Shown here piece after piece: positions 1 to 11,513 of a stretch of 64,000 nt of DNA. The notes under the pieces are model-generated. The model did no database searches, was not told the origin of the DNA, and worked only from the letters and a program-made list of their open reading frames with translations. The position numbers and the translations under genes are program-made. The first letter of the stretch is position 1. Each line of letters opens with the position of its first letter. Source of the DNA: Candidatus Omnitrophota bacterium (GTDB taxonomy: Bacteria > Omnitrophota > Gorgyraeia > Gygaellales > Profunditerraquicolaceae). The stretch lies in contig JAUSED010000003.1 in the NCBI GenBank assembly GCA_030650425.1, positions 263,903 through 327,902 on the forward strand. The letters are read 5' to 3'.

Positions 1-34
1 AAATGGAAGAGGTTAGCTCATTGGAGGAGGTCAA

Positions 35-1423
35 ATGAAAATAGTTATGTGCGCATCAGAGGTAGTTCCTTTTGCTAAGACCGGCGGGCTCGCGGATGTT
101 GCCGGGGCATTACCGTTGGCCTTGGAAAAAGAGGGGCAGGAAGTAATTATCATTATGCCGCGCTATAAGGCCATCGATGCGGCTAAATTCAACCTTAAAA
201 AATTAAAAGACGGGGTTTTGACCGGAGTAACGGGGAAAAATATTAAGGTTTATTTTATTGAGAAGGAAGGATATTTTGGCCGCGATGGTTTATATGGAGA
301 TAAAAACGGCGACCACCAAGATAATCTAGACAGGTTTGCTTATTATTGCCGGAAGTCTTTGGATTTATTGAAAGAGATTAATTTTAAACCGGAGATTATC
401 CATTGCCATGATTGGCAATCATCCTTAGTCCCGGTTTTCTTAAAGACTATTTACGCCAAAGATCCATTTTACCAAAAGATCCGGACTATCCTCACCATCC
501 ACAATATCGGCTATCAGGGGCTTTTCGCTAAGGAGGAATTTCCGAAGCTAGGCCTGGATTGGAGCTTTTTCAATATGGAGGGGTTGGAATTTTACGGCAA
601 GGTAAATATTTTAAAAGGCGGAATGCTTTTTTCCGATATTATCAATACGGTCAGCCCTACCTATGCAGAGGAAATCCAGACCAAGGAATTTGGTTTTGGG
701 TTAGAGGGAGTATTAGATAAGCGCCGGGATGCGGTTTTCGGTATCTTAAACGGCTTGGATTATGATATCTGGAACCCGGAGACGGATAAATTTATCGCCA
801 AAAATTTCTCTAGGTTAGAGCCAGCAGGAAAAGCGAAAGACAAAGAAGACCTCCAGTCGCTTTGCAAGTTTCCGCTTAAAAAAGATGTACCTCTATTCGG
901 TATAGTTTCAAGGCTGGCAGAACAAAAAGGGTTTGATATCCTTGCTGAAGGTATTGATGAGATTTGCAAAATGAATATTCAAATGGTAATTTTGGGAACA
1001 GGTGATCTAAAATACCATGAAGTTATGCAAAACATGGTCGCTAAATACCCCAAGGTCATCTCTTTAGCCTTGAAATTCGACGATGTTTTGGCGCACAAGA
1101 TTTATGCCGGGAGCGACATTTTCCTTATGCCTTCAAAGTATGAGCCCTGCGGTTTGGGACAGTTAATCAGTTTGAGATATGGGACGATTCCTTTGGTTTT
1201 TAAGACCGGAGGGCTCGCCGATACGGTAAATTCAGAAAACGGGTTTGTCTTTGATCATTATTCCAAAATCCGGCTGGTAAAAACGATCAGGAAAGCGGCT
1301 GACACATTTAAAGATAAAGCTGATTGGGCTCAATTGGTGGAGCGGGCGATGAAACTGGATTTTTCATGGAAGGCTTCTGCCAAGAAGTATTTAGAGTTGT
1401 ATGCCAAAACAAAGAGAAAATAA
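35..1423 (+). CDS. glgA: glycogen (starch) synthase, ADP-glucose type
   Basis: 462 aa. N-terminal KTGGLADV motif and GT5/GT1 architecture typical of GlgA. Confidence 0.9.
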   Translation: MKIVMCASEVVPFAKTGGLADVAGALPLALEKEGQEVIIIMPRYKAIDAAKFNLKKLKDGVLTGVTGKNIKVYFIEKEGYFGRDGLYGDKNGDHQDNLDRFAYYCRKSLDLLKEINFKPEIIHCHDWQSSLVPVFLKTIYAKDPFYQKIRTILTIHNIGYQGLFAKEEFPKLGLDWSFFNMEGLEFYGKVNILKGGMLFSDIINTVSPTYAEEIQTKEFGFGLEGVLDKRRDAVFGILNGLDYDIWNPETDKFIAKNFSRLEPAGKAKDKEDLQSLCKFPLKKDVPLFGIVSRLAEQKGFDILAEGIDEICKMNIQMVILGTGDLKYHEVMQNMVAKYPKVISLALKFDDVLAHKIYAGSDIFLMPSKYEPCGLGQLISLRYGTIPLVFKTGGLADTVNSENGFVFDHYSKIRLVKTIRKAADTFKDKADWAQLVERAMKLDFSWKASAKKYLELYAKTKRK

Positions 1424-2012
1424 GAAGATTATAATTGGCGTTACCGGAAGTTTCGGGAGCGGTAAAAGCACGGTTAGCGGAATACTTGCCGCTTACGGAG
1501 CGCGGATTATCGATGCCGATAAAATAGCGGCAAACTGCCTTAAGGCCGGAAGCAGGATTTACCAAAAGGTAATTTCAGCCTTTGGCGATAAGGTTATCGC
1601 TAAAGATGGCGAGATTGACCGGGCCGGCTTAGCTAAGATTGTTTTTAACGATAAGAAATTATTGAAAAAGTTAAATCATATTGTCCATCCTGAGGTAATC
1701 AGGATGATTAAAGCAAAAATTGACAGTATAAAGAAAGGAGTGATTATTTTGGATGCGCCTTTATTGCTGGAGGCGGGTTTGGTGAAGGCGGTAGATAAAT
1801 TAATTGTGGTAACCATAGATCCAGATACGCAAATTAAGCGTCTGCTTAAGAAAACGCGCTTAAAGAGGGCAGATATCCTGAAAAGAATAAGGTCTCAGAT
1901 TTCGCAAAACGCGAAGTCACGTTTTGCGAATTTTATTATAGATAACAGTAGTTCGTTGCGGAGTACAAAAAAACAAGTATTACAAATAAGGAGGAAGTTG
2001 TGGAAAAGTTAG
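1401..2012 (+). CDS. coaE: dephospho-CoA kinase
   Basis: 203 aa. P-loop [12 protein letters not shown] at the N-terminus and CoaE-like length. Overlaps the glgA 3' end. Confidence 0.85.
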   Translation: MPKQRENKKIIIGVTGSFGSGKSTVSGILAAYGARIIDADKIAANCLKAGSRIYQKVISAFGDKVIAKDGEIDRAGLAKIVFNDKKLLKKLNHIVHPEVIRMIKAKIDSIKKGVIILDAPLLLEAGLVKAVDKLIVVTIDPDTQIKRLLKKTRLKRADILKRIRSQISQNAKSRFANFIIDNSSSLRSTKKQVLQIRRKLWKS

Positions 2013-3256
2013 ATATAAAGAACCTGAAAGAGATGAAAATTACCGAACTAAATAAACTGGCTAAAGAACTTAACGCCAACGGGACCAGCGGCCTGAAGAA
2101 ACAGGACCTGATTTTTAAAATTCTGCAGGCGCAGGCGGAAAAAGAAGGGCTGATGTTCGGCGAAGGAGTTTTAGAGATTTTACCCGAGGGGTTCGGTTTT
2201 TTAAGGAGCCCGAATTATAATTATCTTCCCTGTCCGGACGATATCTATATCTCGCCTTCGCAGATCAGGAAGTTTGATTTAAGGACAGGGGATACGGTTT
2301 CGGGCCAAATCCGTCCTCCTAAAGAGGGCGAAAAATATTTTGCCCTGCTTAAGGTCGAGGCGGTAAATTTCGAAAATCCCGAAGAAGTAAAAGAGAAGGT
2401 TCTCTTTGATAATCTTACTCCAGTTTACCCTAAGGAGGCGTTTAATTTAGAGACCAAGCCGGATGAAATATCGATGCGTATCATGAATCTGCTCGCTCCG
2501 ATAGGTAAGGGCCAGCGCGGCCTGATTGTTGCCCAGCCGTATAGCGGTAAAACCGTGCTCTTGCAAAAATTGGCTAATGCCATTACTACTAATAATCCGG
2601 ATGTGATTTTAATTGTCCTCTTGATTGATGAGCGTCCGGAGGAAGTTACGGATATGCAGCGGCATGTGCGGGGAGAGGTTATTTCTTCGACTTTTGATGA
2701 ACCCCCGGAGAGGCATATTCAGGTAGCGGAAATTGTTTTGGAAAAGGCCAAGCGGTTGGTTGAGCATAAGCGCGATGTGGTGGTGTTACTGGATAGCATT
2801 ACGCGTCTGGCCCGCGCTTATAACGCGGTTGTTCCGCATAGCGGCAAGGTTCTTTCAGGCGGTATTGATTCTAATGCCCTGCAAAAGCCCAAGAGGTTCT
2901 TTGGCGCGGCGCGCGCGGTTGAAGAAGGCGGGAGTTTAACGATTATCGCGACCGCGCTGGTGGATACCGGCAGCCGGATGGATGAAGTTATCTTTGAAGA
3001 GTTTAAAGGCACCGGTAACATGGAGACCCAGCTTGATAGAAACCTCTTCCAGCGCAGGATCTATCCGGCAATTGATATTAAGCGTTCCAATACCCGCCAT
3101 GAAGAATTATTGGTTAAGTCGGATGTGTTGGGGAAGACTTGGATTTTAAGGAAAGTGCTTAATGAATTAAATAACGTTGAGGCGATGGAGTTGTTGATTG
3201 AGAAGTTGGGCAAGACCAAGAATAATGAAGAGTTTCTAAGCAGCATGAATCAATAA
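2000..3256 (+). CDS. rho: transcription termination factor Rho
   Basis: 418 aa. N-terminal Rho_N/CSD followed by a RecA-like ATPase. GTG start preceded by an AAGGAGG RBS. Confidence 0.95.
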   Translation: MEKLDIKNLKEMKITELNKLAKELNANGTSGLKKQDLIFKILQAQAEKEGLMFGEGVLEILPEGFGFLRSPNYNYLPCPDDIYISPSQIRKFDLRTGDTVSGQIRPPKEGEKYFALLKVEAVNFENPEEVKEKVLFDNLTPVYPKEAFNLETKPDEISMRIMNLLAPIGKGQRGLIVAQPYSGKTVLLQKLANAITTNNPDVILIVLLIDERPEEVTDMQRHVRGEVISSTFDEPPERHIQVAEIVLEKAKRLVEHKRDVVVLLDSITRLARAYNAVVPHSGKVLSGGIDSNALQKPKRFFGAARAVEEGGSLTIIATALVDTGSRMDEVIFEEFKGTGNMETQLDRNLFQRRIYPAIDIKRSNTRHEELLVKSDVLGKTWILRKVLNELNNVEAMELLIEKLGKTKNNEEFLSSMNQ

Positions 3257-3283
3257 CCAAGCCAGAAAAGGAGAGTAAAAAAA

Positions 3284-3484
3284 ATGAAAGACAAGATTCA
3301 TCCCAACTACAAAGAAAGCACGATTATCTGCGCTTGCGGAGAGACAGTGCATACCCGTTCGACCAAACCTTCGGTAAGAGTAGAAATCTGTTCGAAGTGC
3401 CATCCGTTTTTTACCGGAAAACAGAAATTTGTTGATTCTGCCGGTAGGGTGGATAAGTTTCTTAAGAAATACGGTAAAAAATAA
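3284..3484 (+). CDS. rpmE: 50S ribosomal protein L31
   Basis: 66 aa. MKDKIHPNY start and CxxC...CxxC zinc-binding pattern typical of L31. Confidence 0.95.
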   Translation: MKDKIHPNYKESTIICACGETVHTRSTKPSVRVEICSKCHPFFTGKQKFVDSAGRVDKFLKKYGKK

Positions 3485-4554
3485 TGTTTGAACAGCTGCA
3501 AAAATTAGAAGCGCGCTACAACGAGCTGGAAGGGCTTTTGAGTTCTCCGGAGGTGCTTAGCGACCGTGAGCGATCGAATAAGTTGGCTAAGGAGCTCTCC
3601 GATATAAAGGAGCCGGTTGCTTTATATCGTGAGCATAAACGCATCTTAAAAGAACTTCAGGAATTAGAAGTTGTTTCCAAAGAAAAACACGACCAGGAAT
3701 TCCTGGATTTAGCCAGTAAAGAGCTGGTAGAGCTTAAGGGTAAGCTGCAAGAGATAGAGACAAAAATAAAAGAGGCCTTTACCGGGAAAGATAAAGACGC
3801 CGGACACGATATCATTGTGGAGATACGTCAGGGGACGGGCGGAGATGAAGCCGGTTTATTTGCCTCGGATCTTTACCGGATGTACACAAAATACGCGGGA
3901 AACAAAGGCTGGTCAGTGGAATTAATGTCAGCGGCGACTAATGAATCCGGCGGTTTTAAAGAAGTATCTTTTAGCGTAAAAGGTAAAGACGCCTATAGCA
4001 GGTTAAAGTTTGAGAGCGGAGTGCACAGGGTACAGCGCGTTCCGACAACTGAATCGCAAGGAAGGATTCATACTTCGACGGCGACAGTGGCGATTTTAGT
4101 CGAGCCGGAAGAGGTGGATTTAGTGATTGAGCCTGCCGATTTAAGGATCGATACTTACCGCTCAAGCGGCCCGGGCGGCCAGCATATGCAAAAAACCGAT
4201 TCCGCGGTGCGCATTACGCATCTTCCTACGGGGGTCGTGGTTGCCTGTCAAGACGAGCGTTCGCAGTTAAAAAATAAGAACAAGGCGATGAGAGTTTTAC
4301 GCGCCAAGCTCCTTGATGCTAAACGAGAGGCCGAGTCCAAGAGATTATCTAAAGAAAGAAAATCCCAAATCGGTTCAGGGGACCGGAGCGAGAAAGTCCG
4401 CACTTATAACTTCCCGGATCGCAGAGTTACGGACCATCGTATAAATTTTACTACCCATCAGTTAGAAGCTGTACTGGAAGGTGATTTTGATGAAATATCT
4501 GAAGCCCTGATTAAAGCGGAAAAAGAGCAGAAACAGAAGGCGTCTTATGAATGA
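3484..4554 (+). CDS. prfA: peptide chain release factor 1
   Basis: 356 aa. GGQ motif (SGPGGQHMQKTDSAVRITHLPTG) and RF1-type PxT region (RVPTTESQGR). Sits in the conserved rho-rpmE-prfA-prmC-murA synteny. Confidence 0.9.
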   Translation: MFEQLQKLEARYNELEGLLSSPEVLSDRERSNKLAKELSDIKEPVALYREHKRILKELQELEVVSKEKHDQEFLDLASKELVELKGKLQEIETKIKEAFTGKDKDAGHDIIVEIRQGTGGDEAGLFASDLYRMYTKYAGNKGWSVELMSAATNESGGFKEVSFSVKGKDAYSRLKFESGVHRVQRVPTTESQGRIHTSTATVAILVEPEEVDLVIEPADLRIDTYRSSGPGGQHMQKTDSAVRITHLPTGVVVACQDERSQLKNKNKAMRVLRAKLLDAKREAESKRLSKERKSQIGSGDRSEKVRTYNFPDRRVTDHRINFTTHQLEAVLEGDFDEISEALIKAEKEQKQKASYE

Positions 4555-5332
4555 AGCGGAATTATTATTTAGCCAGGTTTTAGGCTGCGATCGGCTGGCC
4601 TTATCTTTAAACAAGGATCGGTATTTAGGCAGGGAAGAGCTCGATTTTATTACTTGTAGCCTGAAGAGAAGAATAAAAGGCGAACCCATTCAATATATTT
4701 TGGGTAAGATGGAGTTTATGGGGCTAGAGCTAAAGATAAAACAAGATGTGCTGATTCCCCGGCCGGAGACAGAGATACTCGTTCAAACAGCGTTAAAATA
4801 TATTAAGCAGGAAAAATCGCGAAAGATCCTGGATTTAGGGACAGGTTCAGGCTGTATCGCCATATCCTTAGGCAAAAATTCAGCGAATCTAGAAATAGAT
4901 GCCAGCGATATCTCGAGTTCGGCTTTAGCCGTTGCTAAAGAGAACGCGGGCTTAAACGGAGTAAAGATAGATTTTGTGTTGAGCGATTTATTTAGGGGGC
5001 TAAGAAATAAAAAATATGATCTGATTACCAGTAATCCGCCTTATGTTAGAGAGGGAGAAATTACAAAATTGCAGCCAGAGTTGCAATTTGAGCCTAAGCT
5101 TGCTTTAAATGGCGGGCCAGACGGATTAGATTTTTACCGCCGTATAATTTCAGGCTCAGCAAATTATTTACAAAAAAACGGCCTCTTAATTATGGAGATG
5201 GGTTTTGAACAAAAGCCCGATATAGAAACAATATTTTTAGATTTAGGAAAATTTAAGTTAATAGAAGTTATTAAAGATTACAATAATATTGATAGAGTGA
5301 TTGTGGCAAGAAAGGCAGACATAAATGGATAA
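4547..5332 (+). CDS. prmC: release factor glutamine N5-methyltransferase PrmC (HemK)
   Basis: 261 aa. SAM-binding DLGTGSG and NPPY catalytic motif. Directly follows prfA. Confidence 0.85.
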   Translation: MNEAELLFSQVLGCDRLALSLNKDRYLGREELDFITCSLKRRIKGEPIQYILGKMEFMGLELKIKQDVLIPRPETEILVQTALKYIKQEKSRKILDLGTGSGCIAISLGKNSANLEIDASDISSSALAVAKENAGLNGVKIDFVLSDLFRGLRNKKYDLITSNPPYVREGEITKLQPELQFEPKLALNGGPDGLDFYRRIISGSANYLQKNGLLIMEMGFEQKPDIETIFLDLGKFKLIEVIKDYNNIDRVIVARKADING

Positions 5333-6587
5333 ATTAGTGATTGAAGGCGGAATAAAACTTAAGGGTGAAGTCACGATATCAGGGGCCAAGAACGCGGTCC
5401 TTCCCATACTGGCGGCGACCCTGCTTACTGATGACGCCTGCATTATTAAAGGCGTGCCGGATCTGCGCGATACGAATACCATGATAAAAATATTGCGTTC
5501 TTTGGGGAAGGACGCGGATTTAGAAAATGGTATTGTTTCGGTCAGTAGTCTGAAGAAGACAAATTGTGTCGCGGATTATAAACTGGTTTCTACGATGCGC
5601 GCGTCTTTTTGTGTTCTAGGCCCTCTATTAGGTAAATTCAAGAAAGCCAAAGTTTCTCTTCCCGGCGGCTGCGTTATCGGTGTGCGGCCGGTGGATTTGC
5701 ATTTAAAGGGGATAAGGGCGCTGGGTACGGAGGTTAATGTCGAATCCGGTTATGTGATTGCCAAGGCTAAAGAATTAAAAGGCAGCCATATTTATTTAGG
5801 CGGGGTCTACGGTTCATCTGTTTTGGCTACGGATAACGTAATGATGGCCGCGGTATTGGCCAGCGGAAAAACTGTGATTGAGTCCGCTGCCTGTGAGCCG
5901 GAAGTAGAGGATTTAGCGGAATTTCTGATTAAGATGGGCGCCAAGATTAAAGGCCATGGCACGCCTATCATTGAGATAGAAGGGGTGCGTCATTTACACG
6001 GCGCCAGCCACACAATCATCCCTGACAGGATTGAAGCAGGGACCATGATGTTGGCGGCTTTAATTACGCGCGGAAATATCCTGATTAAAAATGTTTTTTA
6101 TAAACATTTAGGCGCGCTCATTGACAGGCTGGAAGAAGCAGGCGCGTTAATGACTAAGACAGAAAATACTATACACATGCGTTATAGAGGACAGCTTAAG
6201 GCTATAAATATCAATACTCTTCCCTATCCGGGTTTTCCTACGGATATGCAGGCTCAGATGATGAGCTTAATGAGTGTGACCCCCGGTATAAGCGTGATTA
6301 CCGAAAAAATATATCCGGACAGGTTTATGCATGTAGCTGAACTTAACCGGATGGACGCGCGTATTCAGAGGGAAGGCCCGCACGCTATTGTTGAGGGGAG
6401 AGAAGAGCTTTCCGGAGCTCCGGTGATGGCTTCGGATCTAAGGGCTTCGGCGTGTTTAGTGCTTGCCGGTTTAGCCGCGAAAGGTAAAACCTCCATCTCC
6501 AGAATTTACCACTTGGAGCGCGGGTATGAAAATATGGAGGAAAAATTAGAGAAACTGGGGGCTAAAATTTGGAGAGAAAAAGAATGA
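5325..6587 (+). CDS. murA: UDP-N-acetylglucosamine 1-carboxyvinyltransferase
   Basis: 420 aa. EPSP-synthase fold; N-terminus LVIEGG..L.G.V.ISGAKNA is characteristic of MurA. Confidence 0.95.
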   Translation: MDKLVIEGGIKLKGEVTISGAKNAVLPILAATLLTDDACIIKGVPDLRDTNTMIKILRSLGKDADLENGIVSVSSLKKTNCVADYKLVSTMRASFCVLGPLLGKFKKAKVSLPGGCVIGVRPVDLHLKGIRALGTEVNVESGYVIAKAKELKGSHIYLGGVYGSSVLATDNVMMAAVLASGKTVIESAACEPEVEDLAEFLIKMGAKIKGHGTPIIEIEGVRHLHGASHTIIPDRIEAGTMMLAALITRGNILIKNVFYKHLGALIDRLEEAGALMTKTENTIHMRYRGQLKAININTLPYPGFPTDMQAQMMSLMSVTPGISVITEKIYPDRFMHVAELNRMDARIQREGPHAIVEGREELSGAPVMASDLRASACLVLAGLAAKGKTSISRIYHLERGYENMEEKLEKLGAKIWREKE

Positions 6588-7147
6588 TTTTAATGATTGA
6601 TAATTACGATTCGTTTACCTATAACTTGGTGCAATATTTGGGTTCGTTGCATCAGGAGGTAAAAGTATTTCGTAATGATAAAATTAGCGTGGAACAGATC
6701 AAGAAACTCTCACCTAAGAAAATCGTTATTTCTCCCGGGCCGGGCCGGCCGGAAGACGCGGGTATTTCTTGCGCGGCGGTAAAAGAATTAGCCGGAAAAA
6801 TTCCTCTTTTAGGAGTTTGTCTTGGGCATCAGGCTATAGGCTATGCTTACGGAGGAAAGATCGTCAATGCGAAGAACCTAATGCATGGGAAGACTTCAAT
6901 GATCTATCATAACAATAAGGAGATATTTAAAGGCCTGCCTGATCCTTTTGAAGCGACGCGCTATCATTCCTTGCTTGTAGAAAGAAACAGTCTTCCTGAA
7001 TGTCTTGAAATAACCGCTTGGACTAAGGAAAAAGAGATTATGGGATTAAGACATAAACAATATCCTCTTTGGGGAGTGCAGTTTCATCCCGAATCTATTC
7101 TTACTAAGCGCGGAATAGATATTTTAGCTAACTTTGTCAATCTATGA
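6584..7147 (+). CDS. trpG: anthranilate synthase component II / glutamine amidotransferase (TrpG/PabA)
   Basis: Class-I GATase ([15 protein letters not shown]..., catalytic Cys in GVCLGHQ). ATG at 6584 overlaps the murA TGA as ATGA, with a GGAGAG RBS upstream. The ORF track begins 15 nt earlier at 6569. Confidence 0.85.
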   Translation: MILMIDNYDSFTYNLVQYLGSLHQEVKVFRNDKISVEQIKKLSPKKIVISPGPGRPEDAGISCAAVKELAGKIPLLGVCLGHQAIGYAYGGKIVNAKNLMHGKTSMIYHNNKEIFKGLPDPFEATRYHSLLVERNSLPECLEITAWTKEKEIMGLRHKQYPLWGVQFHPESILTKRGIDILANFVNL

Positions 7148-8154
7148 TGATCAAGGAAGCGATCAATAAACTTATCGCGAAGAAAGATCTTACTGCCGAA
7201 GAGATGCAAGGCGTAATGTATGATATTTTAAACGGAGTCACTGAAACCGCGGATATTATCGCTTTTCTGACTTCTCTAAACGAAAAGGGAGAGACAGTAG
7301 AAGAGCTTACCGCGGCGGTCGAGATGATGCTTAAATATGTTGACCCGATCATCGTGGATAAACCGAATATACTGGATACCTGCGGCACGGGAGGGGACAA
7401 AAAGGGGACCTTTAATATCTCGACGATCAGCGCCTTGGTGGCGAGCGGCGCCGGAGTGATTGTGGCTAAGCATGGGAACCGTTCAGTTTCCAGTTCGTGC
7501 GGAAGCGCGGATATTTTAGAAGCCTTGGGCGTAAATATAAATATGGATAAGGCAAAAATAAAAAAGTGCCTCGAAGAAATAGGTATTGCCTTTTTATTCG
7601 CGCCAAAACTGCATCCAGCGATGAAAATTGTTTACCCGGCGCGTAAGCAGATCGCGGGTAAAACAATGTTCAATATCTTAGGCCCGTTAATTAATCCTGC
7701 CCGGGCGACCAACCAATTGATCGGGGTTTATAGCCCCCAATGGCCGCCGATCTTAGCCCGTGTTTTGCATAATTTGGGCTCAAAGCATGTTTTAGTCGTG
7801 CATGGAGCTGACGGTTTGGATGAGGTGACCACCGCGGATAAGACCTTTATTGCCGAGGTAAACCATGGTGAATTTAAAGATTACGAAATAAAACCGGAAG
7901 ATTTTGGTTTTCAGCGCGCTCGTCCGGAAGATTTATCAGGAGGCAGTTTATTTGATAATGTGCAGATTGTTTTAGATCTTTTAGAAGGAAAAGACGGATT
8001 TAAACGCGATATAGTTTTGTTAAATTCCGGCTGCGCTATTTACGCCGCGGATAAAGTCAAATCAATTAAGCAAGGGATAGAGTTGGCAAGGCAATCGATA
8101 GATAGTAAGGCAGCCTTAAGAAAGCTGGAGCTATTGAAGGAGTATTCGCGTTAA
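7144..8154 (+). CDS. trpD: anthranilate phosphoribosyltransferase
   Basis: 336 aa. GTGGD and KHGNR motifs of TrpD. Confidence 0.9.
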   Translation: MMIKEAINKLIAKKDLTAEEMQGVMYDILNGVTETADIIAFLTSLNEKGETVEELTAAVEMMLKYVDPIIVDKPNILDTCGTGGDKKGTFNISTISALVASGAGVIVAKHGNRSVSSSCGSADILEALGVNINMDKAKIKKCLEEIGIAFLFAPKLHPAMKIVYPARKQIAGKTMFNILGPLINPARATNQLIGVYSPQWPPILARVLHNLGSKHVLVVHGADGLDEVTTADKTFIAEVNHGEFKDYEIKPEDFGFQRARPEDLSGGSLFDNVQIVLDLLEGKDGFKRDIVLLNSGCAIYAADKVKSIKQGIELARQSIDSKAALRKLELLKEYSR

Positions 8155-8945
8155 TGTCAAAAATAGACAGGTTGAAAGAAATTATCTTAAAGAAAAAAGA
8201 GCGCCTAGCCTTGGCCAAGCAGCAAATTCCTGAGGAGGAATTGAAGGTAAGGGTTCAGGCGGTTACGCCTGCCAGGGCCTTTATTGAGGCGATCAAGAAA
8301 CCCCACCAGATTTCCCTGATTGCTGAGATAAAGAAGGCTTCTCCTTCGCAAGGAATTATCCGTCAGGATTTTAACCATCTGGAGATTGCCCGCGCTTATC
8401 AGGAAGCGGGGGTACAGGCGATATCGGTTTTAACCGAAGAAGACTACTTTCTAGGAAATATTTCTTATCTTAATGAAATTAAAAACCTGGTCAGCGTTCC
8501 GGTATTGCGTAAAGATTTTATCCTCGAGCCATATCAGGTTTACGAATCACGTTTTTACGGCGCTGATGCAATACTTCTTATAGCGGACCTACTCACGCAG
8601 GATGAAATCCTGCAATTTACGGCAATCGCCGCGGAATTGGGTATGGATTCTTTAGTGGAAGTGCACAACGAGAAAGAGTTGAAGAAGGTATTAAAATTAA
8701 AAGGCGTAGCGCTGATCGGGATAAATAACCGCGACCTGCGCACTTTCGAAGTTGACCCTAAGACTACCGAAAAATTGTTTACCCTTATTCCTAAAGATAA
8801 GCTGGTGGTGGTAGAGAGCGGGCTGAAAACTTATCAGGATATTCTCTTCTTAAAAATATTGGGCGTGCATGCTGTTTTGATTGGCACAGCTTTTATGCAG
8901 GCGGAAAATATCGCGGATAAAGTTAAAGAACTAATGGCATGGTAA
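8154..8945 (+). CDS. trpC: indole-3-glycerol phosphate synthase
   Basis: 263 aa TIM barrel with the IAEIKKASPS and LRKDFI motifs. Confidence 0.9.
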   Translation: MSKIDRLKEIILKKKERLALAKQQIPEEELKVRVQAVTPARAFIEAIKKPHQISLIAEIKKASPSQGIIRQDFNHLEIARAYQEAGVQAISVLTEEDYFLGNISYLNEIKNLVSVPVLRKDFILEPYQVYESRFYGADAILLIADLLTQDEILQFTAIAAELGMDSLVEVHNEKELKKVLKLKGVALIGINNRDLRTFEVDPKTTEKLFTLIPKDKLVVVESGLKTYQDILFLKILGVHAVLIGTAFMQAENIADKVKELMAW

Positions 8946-9550
8946 AAGTAAAAATTTGCGGGATTACTAATTTGGAAGACGCGCTAGCCAGCCTGTTTAG
9001 CGGCGCCAGCGCTATCGGCTTTGTATTTTATAAACAAAGCCCCCGTTTTATCGAGCCGATAAAGGCAAGCAATATTTCGCGAATCCTTCCTAAAAATATT
9101 TTAAGGGTCGGCGTATTTGTCGATGAGCAGGAGGCAAAAGTCAAAAAGATTGCTAAGTTATGTCACCTGGATATGCTCCAATTTCACGGGAATGAGGCCC
9201 CGGAATATTGTAAGAAGTTTAAGGTGTATAAAGTGATCAAGGCTTTTAGGCTGGATAAAAAATTAGATTTATCCGAGATATCAAAATATAGAACCTTTGC
9301 CTATCTTTTTGATACTTTCTCTAAAAACAAAGCCGGAGGCACAGGAAAAAAGTTTAACTGGAATTTATTGAGGAATATAGATAAAATAAGTGGTCAGGTT
9401 TTTCTATCCGGCGGCCTGACTAGCGCAAATGTAAAAAGCGCGATAAAAAAGCTCCATCCGGATTGGGTAGATGTTTCCAGCTCGGTGGAATCCAGGCCGG
9501 GTAAGAAGGATCATGCAAAAGTTAAGAAATTTATCGAGGCGGTAAAATGA
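8939..9550 (+). CDS. trpF: phosphoribosylanthranilate isomerase
   Basis: 203 aa. [10 protein letters not shown] start; PRAI TIM barrel. Position between trpC and trpB. Confidence 0.85.
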   Translation: MVKVKICGITNLEDALASLFSGASAIGFVFYKQSPRFIEPIKASNISRILPKNILRVGVFVDEQEAKVKKIAKLCHLDMLQFHGNEAPEYCKKFKVYKVIKAFRLDKKLDLSEISKYRTFAYLFDTFSKNKAGGTGKKFNWNLLRNIDKISGQVFLSGGLTSANVKSAIKKLHPDWVDVSSSVESRPGKKDHAKVKKFIEAVK

Positions 9551-10731
9551 AGAAGCTACCTGACAAATTTGGGCATTTTGCGGAATTCGGCGGCAGGTTT
9601 GTGCCGGAAACGCTTATTTTTGCCTTGGATGAACTGGAAAATGAGTACAAGAAGTCTAAGTATGACCGAAAATTTAATGCCGAATTGAAGTATTATTTAA
9701 ATGAATACGCTGGCAGGCCAACGCCCCTATATCTTGCCAAGAAATTAAGCGATTATTTTGGGATAAATAAAATATATCTTAAGCGGGAAGATCTTTTGCA
9801 TACCGGAGCGCATAAAATCAATAATACCTTAGGGCAGGCGCTGCTTTGCCTGCGGATGGGAAAGAAGCGGGTAATCGCTGAGACTGGCGCAGGCCAGCAT
9901 GGCGTTGCCGCTGCTACCGTTGCCGCTCTTTTTGGTTTAAAATGCGATATTTATATGGGTGAAGAAGATATACAGAGGCAGAAGCAGAATGTTTTTCGTA
10001 TGCACTTATTGGGCGCGCGGGTCATTCCGGTAAAAAGCGGATCCAAAACCCTCAAAGACGCGATGACTGAAGCTTTGCGTGATTGGGTGACCAATGTGCG
10101 CGATACGCATTATATTATCGGGACAGTCGCCGGGCCGCATCCTTATCCAATGTTAGTCAGGGATTTCCAGTCTATCATCGGCAAAGAAGCAAAAATTCAA
10201 CTTAAGAAAAAGGGGATTGCCTTACCTGATTATTTAGTCGCTTGCGTTGGCGGAGGAAGTAATGCTATGGGATTATTCTATCCCTTTGTCGACACCAAAA
10301 AAGTAAAATTTATCGGCGTGGAAGCCGGCGGTAAAGGCCTCTCTACGGGAAAACACGCGGCCACTCTGGTTAACGGAGATATCGGAGTGCTGCACGGTTC
10401 AAAATCAGGGCTTTTAGAGGATAAATTTGGGCTTGTTATGCCTACGCATTCGATTTCCGCGGGTTTGGATTATCCGGGAGTAGGGCCTGAGCACGCTTAT
10501 TATAAGAAGATCGGCCGGGCTGAATATGTTTCGGTTAATGATAACGAAGCGCTAGAAGGATTTAATTTACTCTCGAAGTTAGAAGGTATCATCCCGGCTT
10601 TAGAATCCGCTCATGCCATTGCTTACTTAAAAAAATTAGCCAATAAAATCAATAAAAAATCCACGGTTATAGTTTGTCTCTCTGGCAGGGGCGATAAGGA
10701 TTTGGGGATAGTTACCAAAGGCAGGATATGA
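9547..10731 (+). CDS. trpB: tryptophan synthase beta chain
   Basis: 394 aa. PLP-lysine motif HTGAHKINN. Confidence 0.95.
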   Translation: MKKLPDKFGHFAEFGGRFVPETLIFALDELENEYKKSKYDRKFNAELKYYLNEYAGRPTPLYLAKKLSDYFGINKIYLKREDLLHTGAHKINNTLGQALLCLRMGKKRVIAETGAGQHGVAAATVAALFGLKCDIYMGEEDIQRQKQNVFRMHLLGARVIPVKSGSKTLKDAMTEALRDWVTNVRDTHYIIGTVAGPHPYPMLVRDFQSIIGKEAKIQLKKKGIALPDYLVACVGGGSNAMGLFYPFVDTKKVKFIGVEAGGKGLSTGKHAATLVNGDIGVLHGSKSGLLEDKFGLVMPTHSISAGLDYPGVGPEHAYYKKIGRAEYVSVNDNEALEGFNLLSKLEGIIPALESAHAIAYLKKLANKINKKSTVIVCLSGRGDKDLGIVTKGRI

Positions 10732-11513
10732 ATCGCATCGATAAAAAATTTAAAGAATTAAAAAAAACCAGAAGAAAAGTATTCATTGCCTTTATTACCG
10801 CGGGTTTCCCAAGTTTGGCTGTAACTGAGCAGCTAATTTATGAATTTGATAAAATTGGCGTGGATATTTTAGAGTTAGGAGTGCCTTTTTCCGATCCGAT
10901 GGCTGACGGCCCGGTAATTCAGGAAGCTTCTCAGCAAGCCCTAAAGAAAAACACGCATCTAGTCGATATATTGAGACTGGTGAAAAAGGCGCGTAAAAGC
11001 GTAAATATCCCGATTTGCCTAATGACTTATTATAATCCGATATTTTGTTTTCCGGATAAGAAGTTTATTGGCGAGGCAAAAAAATCCGGAGTAGATGGAA
11101 TAATCATTCCGGATCTACCTCCTGAAGAGGGGAGAGATTTTATCAAGGCCGCGCATTATGCCGGGTTGGATACGATATGTTTCCTTTCGCCTACCAGTTC
11201 CTTAAAAAGGATAAAATTTATCTCCAAGGTTTCAAAAGGATTCATCTACTACGTTTCTTTGACAGGAGTAACCGGCGCCCGTAAGAAGCTTGGGGAGGAT
11301 ATCCGCAAAAATATTAATTTGATTAAAAGATATACTAAAAAGCCGGTTTGTGTCGGTTTTGGGGTTTCCACCGCGTCTCAGGCAAGAGAGGTCAAGAAGT
11401 TTAGCGACGGAGTAATCATTGGAAGCGCGATCGTAAAAAAGATAAAAGAGAATATTGGTTCGCCTCTATTAATCAAGAAGGTAAGCAACTTTGTAACCCA
11501 ACTTAAGTCATGA
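10728..11513 (+). CDS. trpA: tryptophan synthase alpha chain
   Basis: 261 aa. [17 protein letters not shown] motif. Confidence 0.9.
   Translation: MNRIDKKFKELKKTRRKVFIAFITAGFPSLAVTEQLIYEFDKIGVDILELGVPFSDPMADGPVIQEASQQALKKNTHLVDILRLVKKARKSVNIPICLMTYYNPIFCFPDKKFIGEAKKSGVDGIIIPDLPPEEGRDFIKAAHYAGLDTICFLSPTSSLKRIKFISKVSKGFIYYVSLTGVTGARKKLGEDIRKNINLIKRYTKKPVCVGFGVSTASQAREVKKFSDGVIIGSAIVKKIKENIGSPLLIKKVSNFVTQLKS

Noticed and set aside
6569-6583. Longer trpG start ([11 protein letters not shown]...) from the ORF track
   Set aside because: The ATG at 6584 preceded by a GGAGAG RBS gives the canonical [12 protein letters not shown]-terminus, and the earlier codon is not ATG. This is a minor boundary choice.
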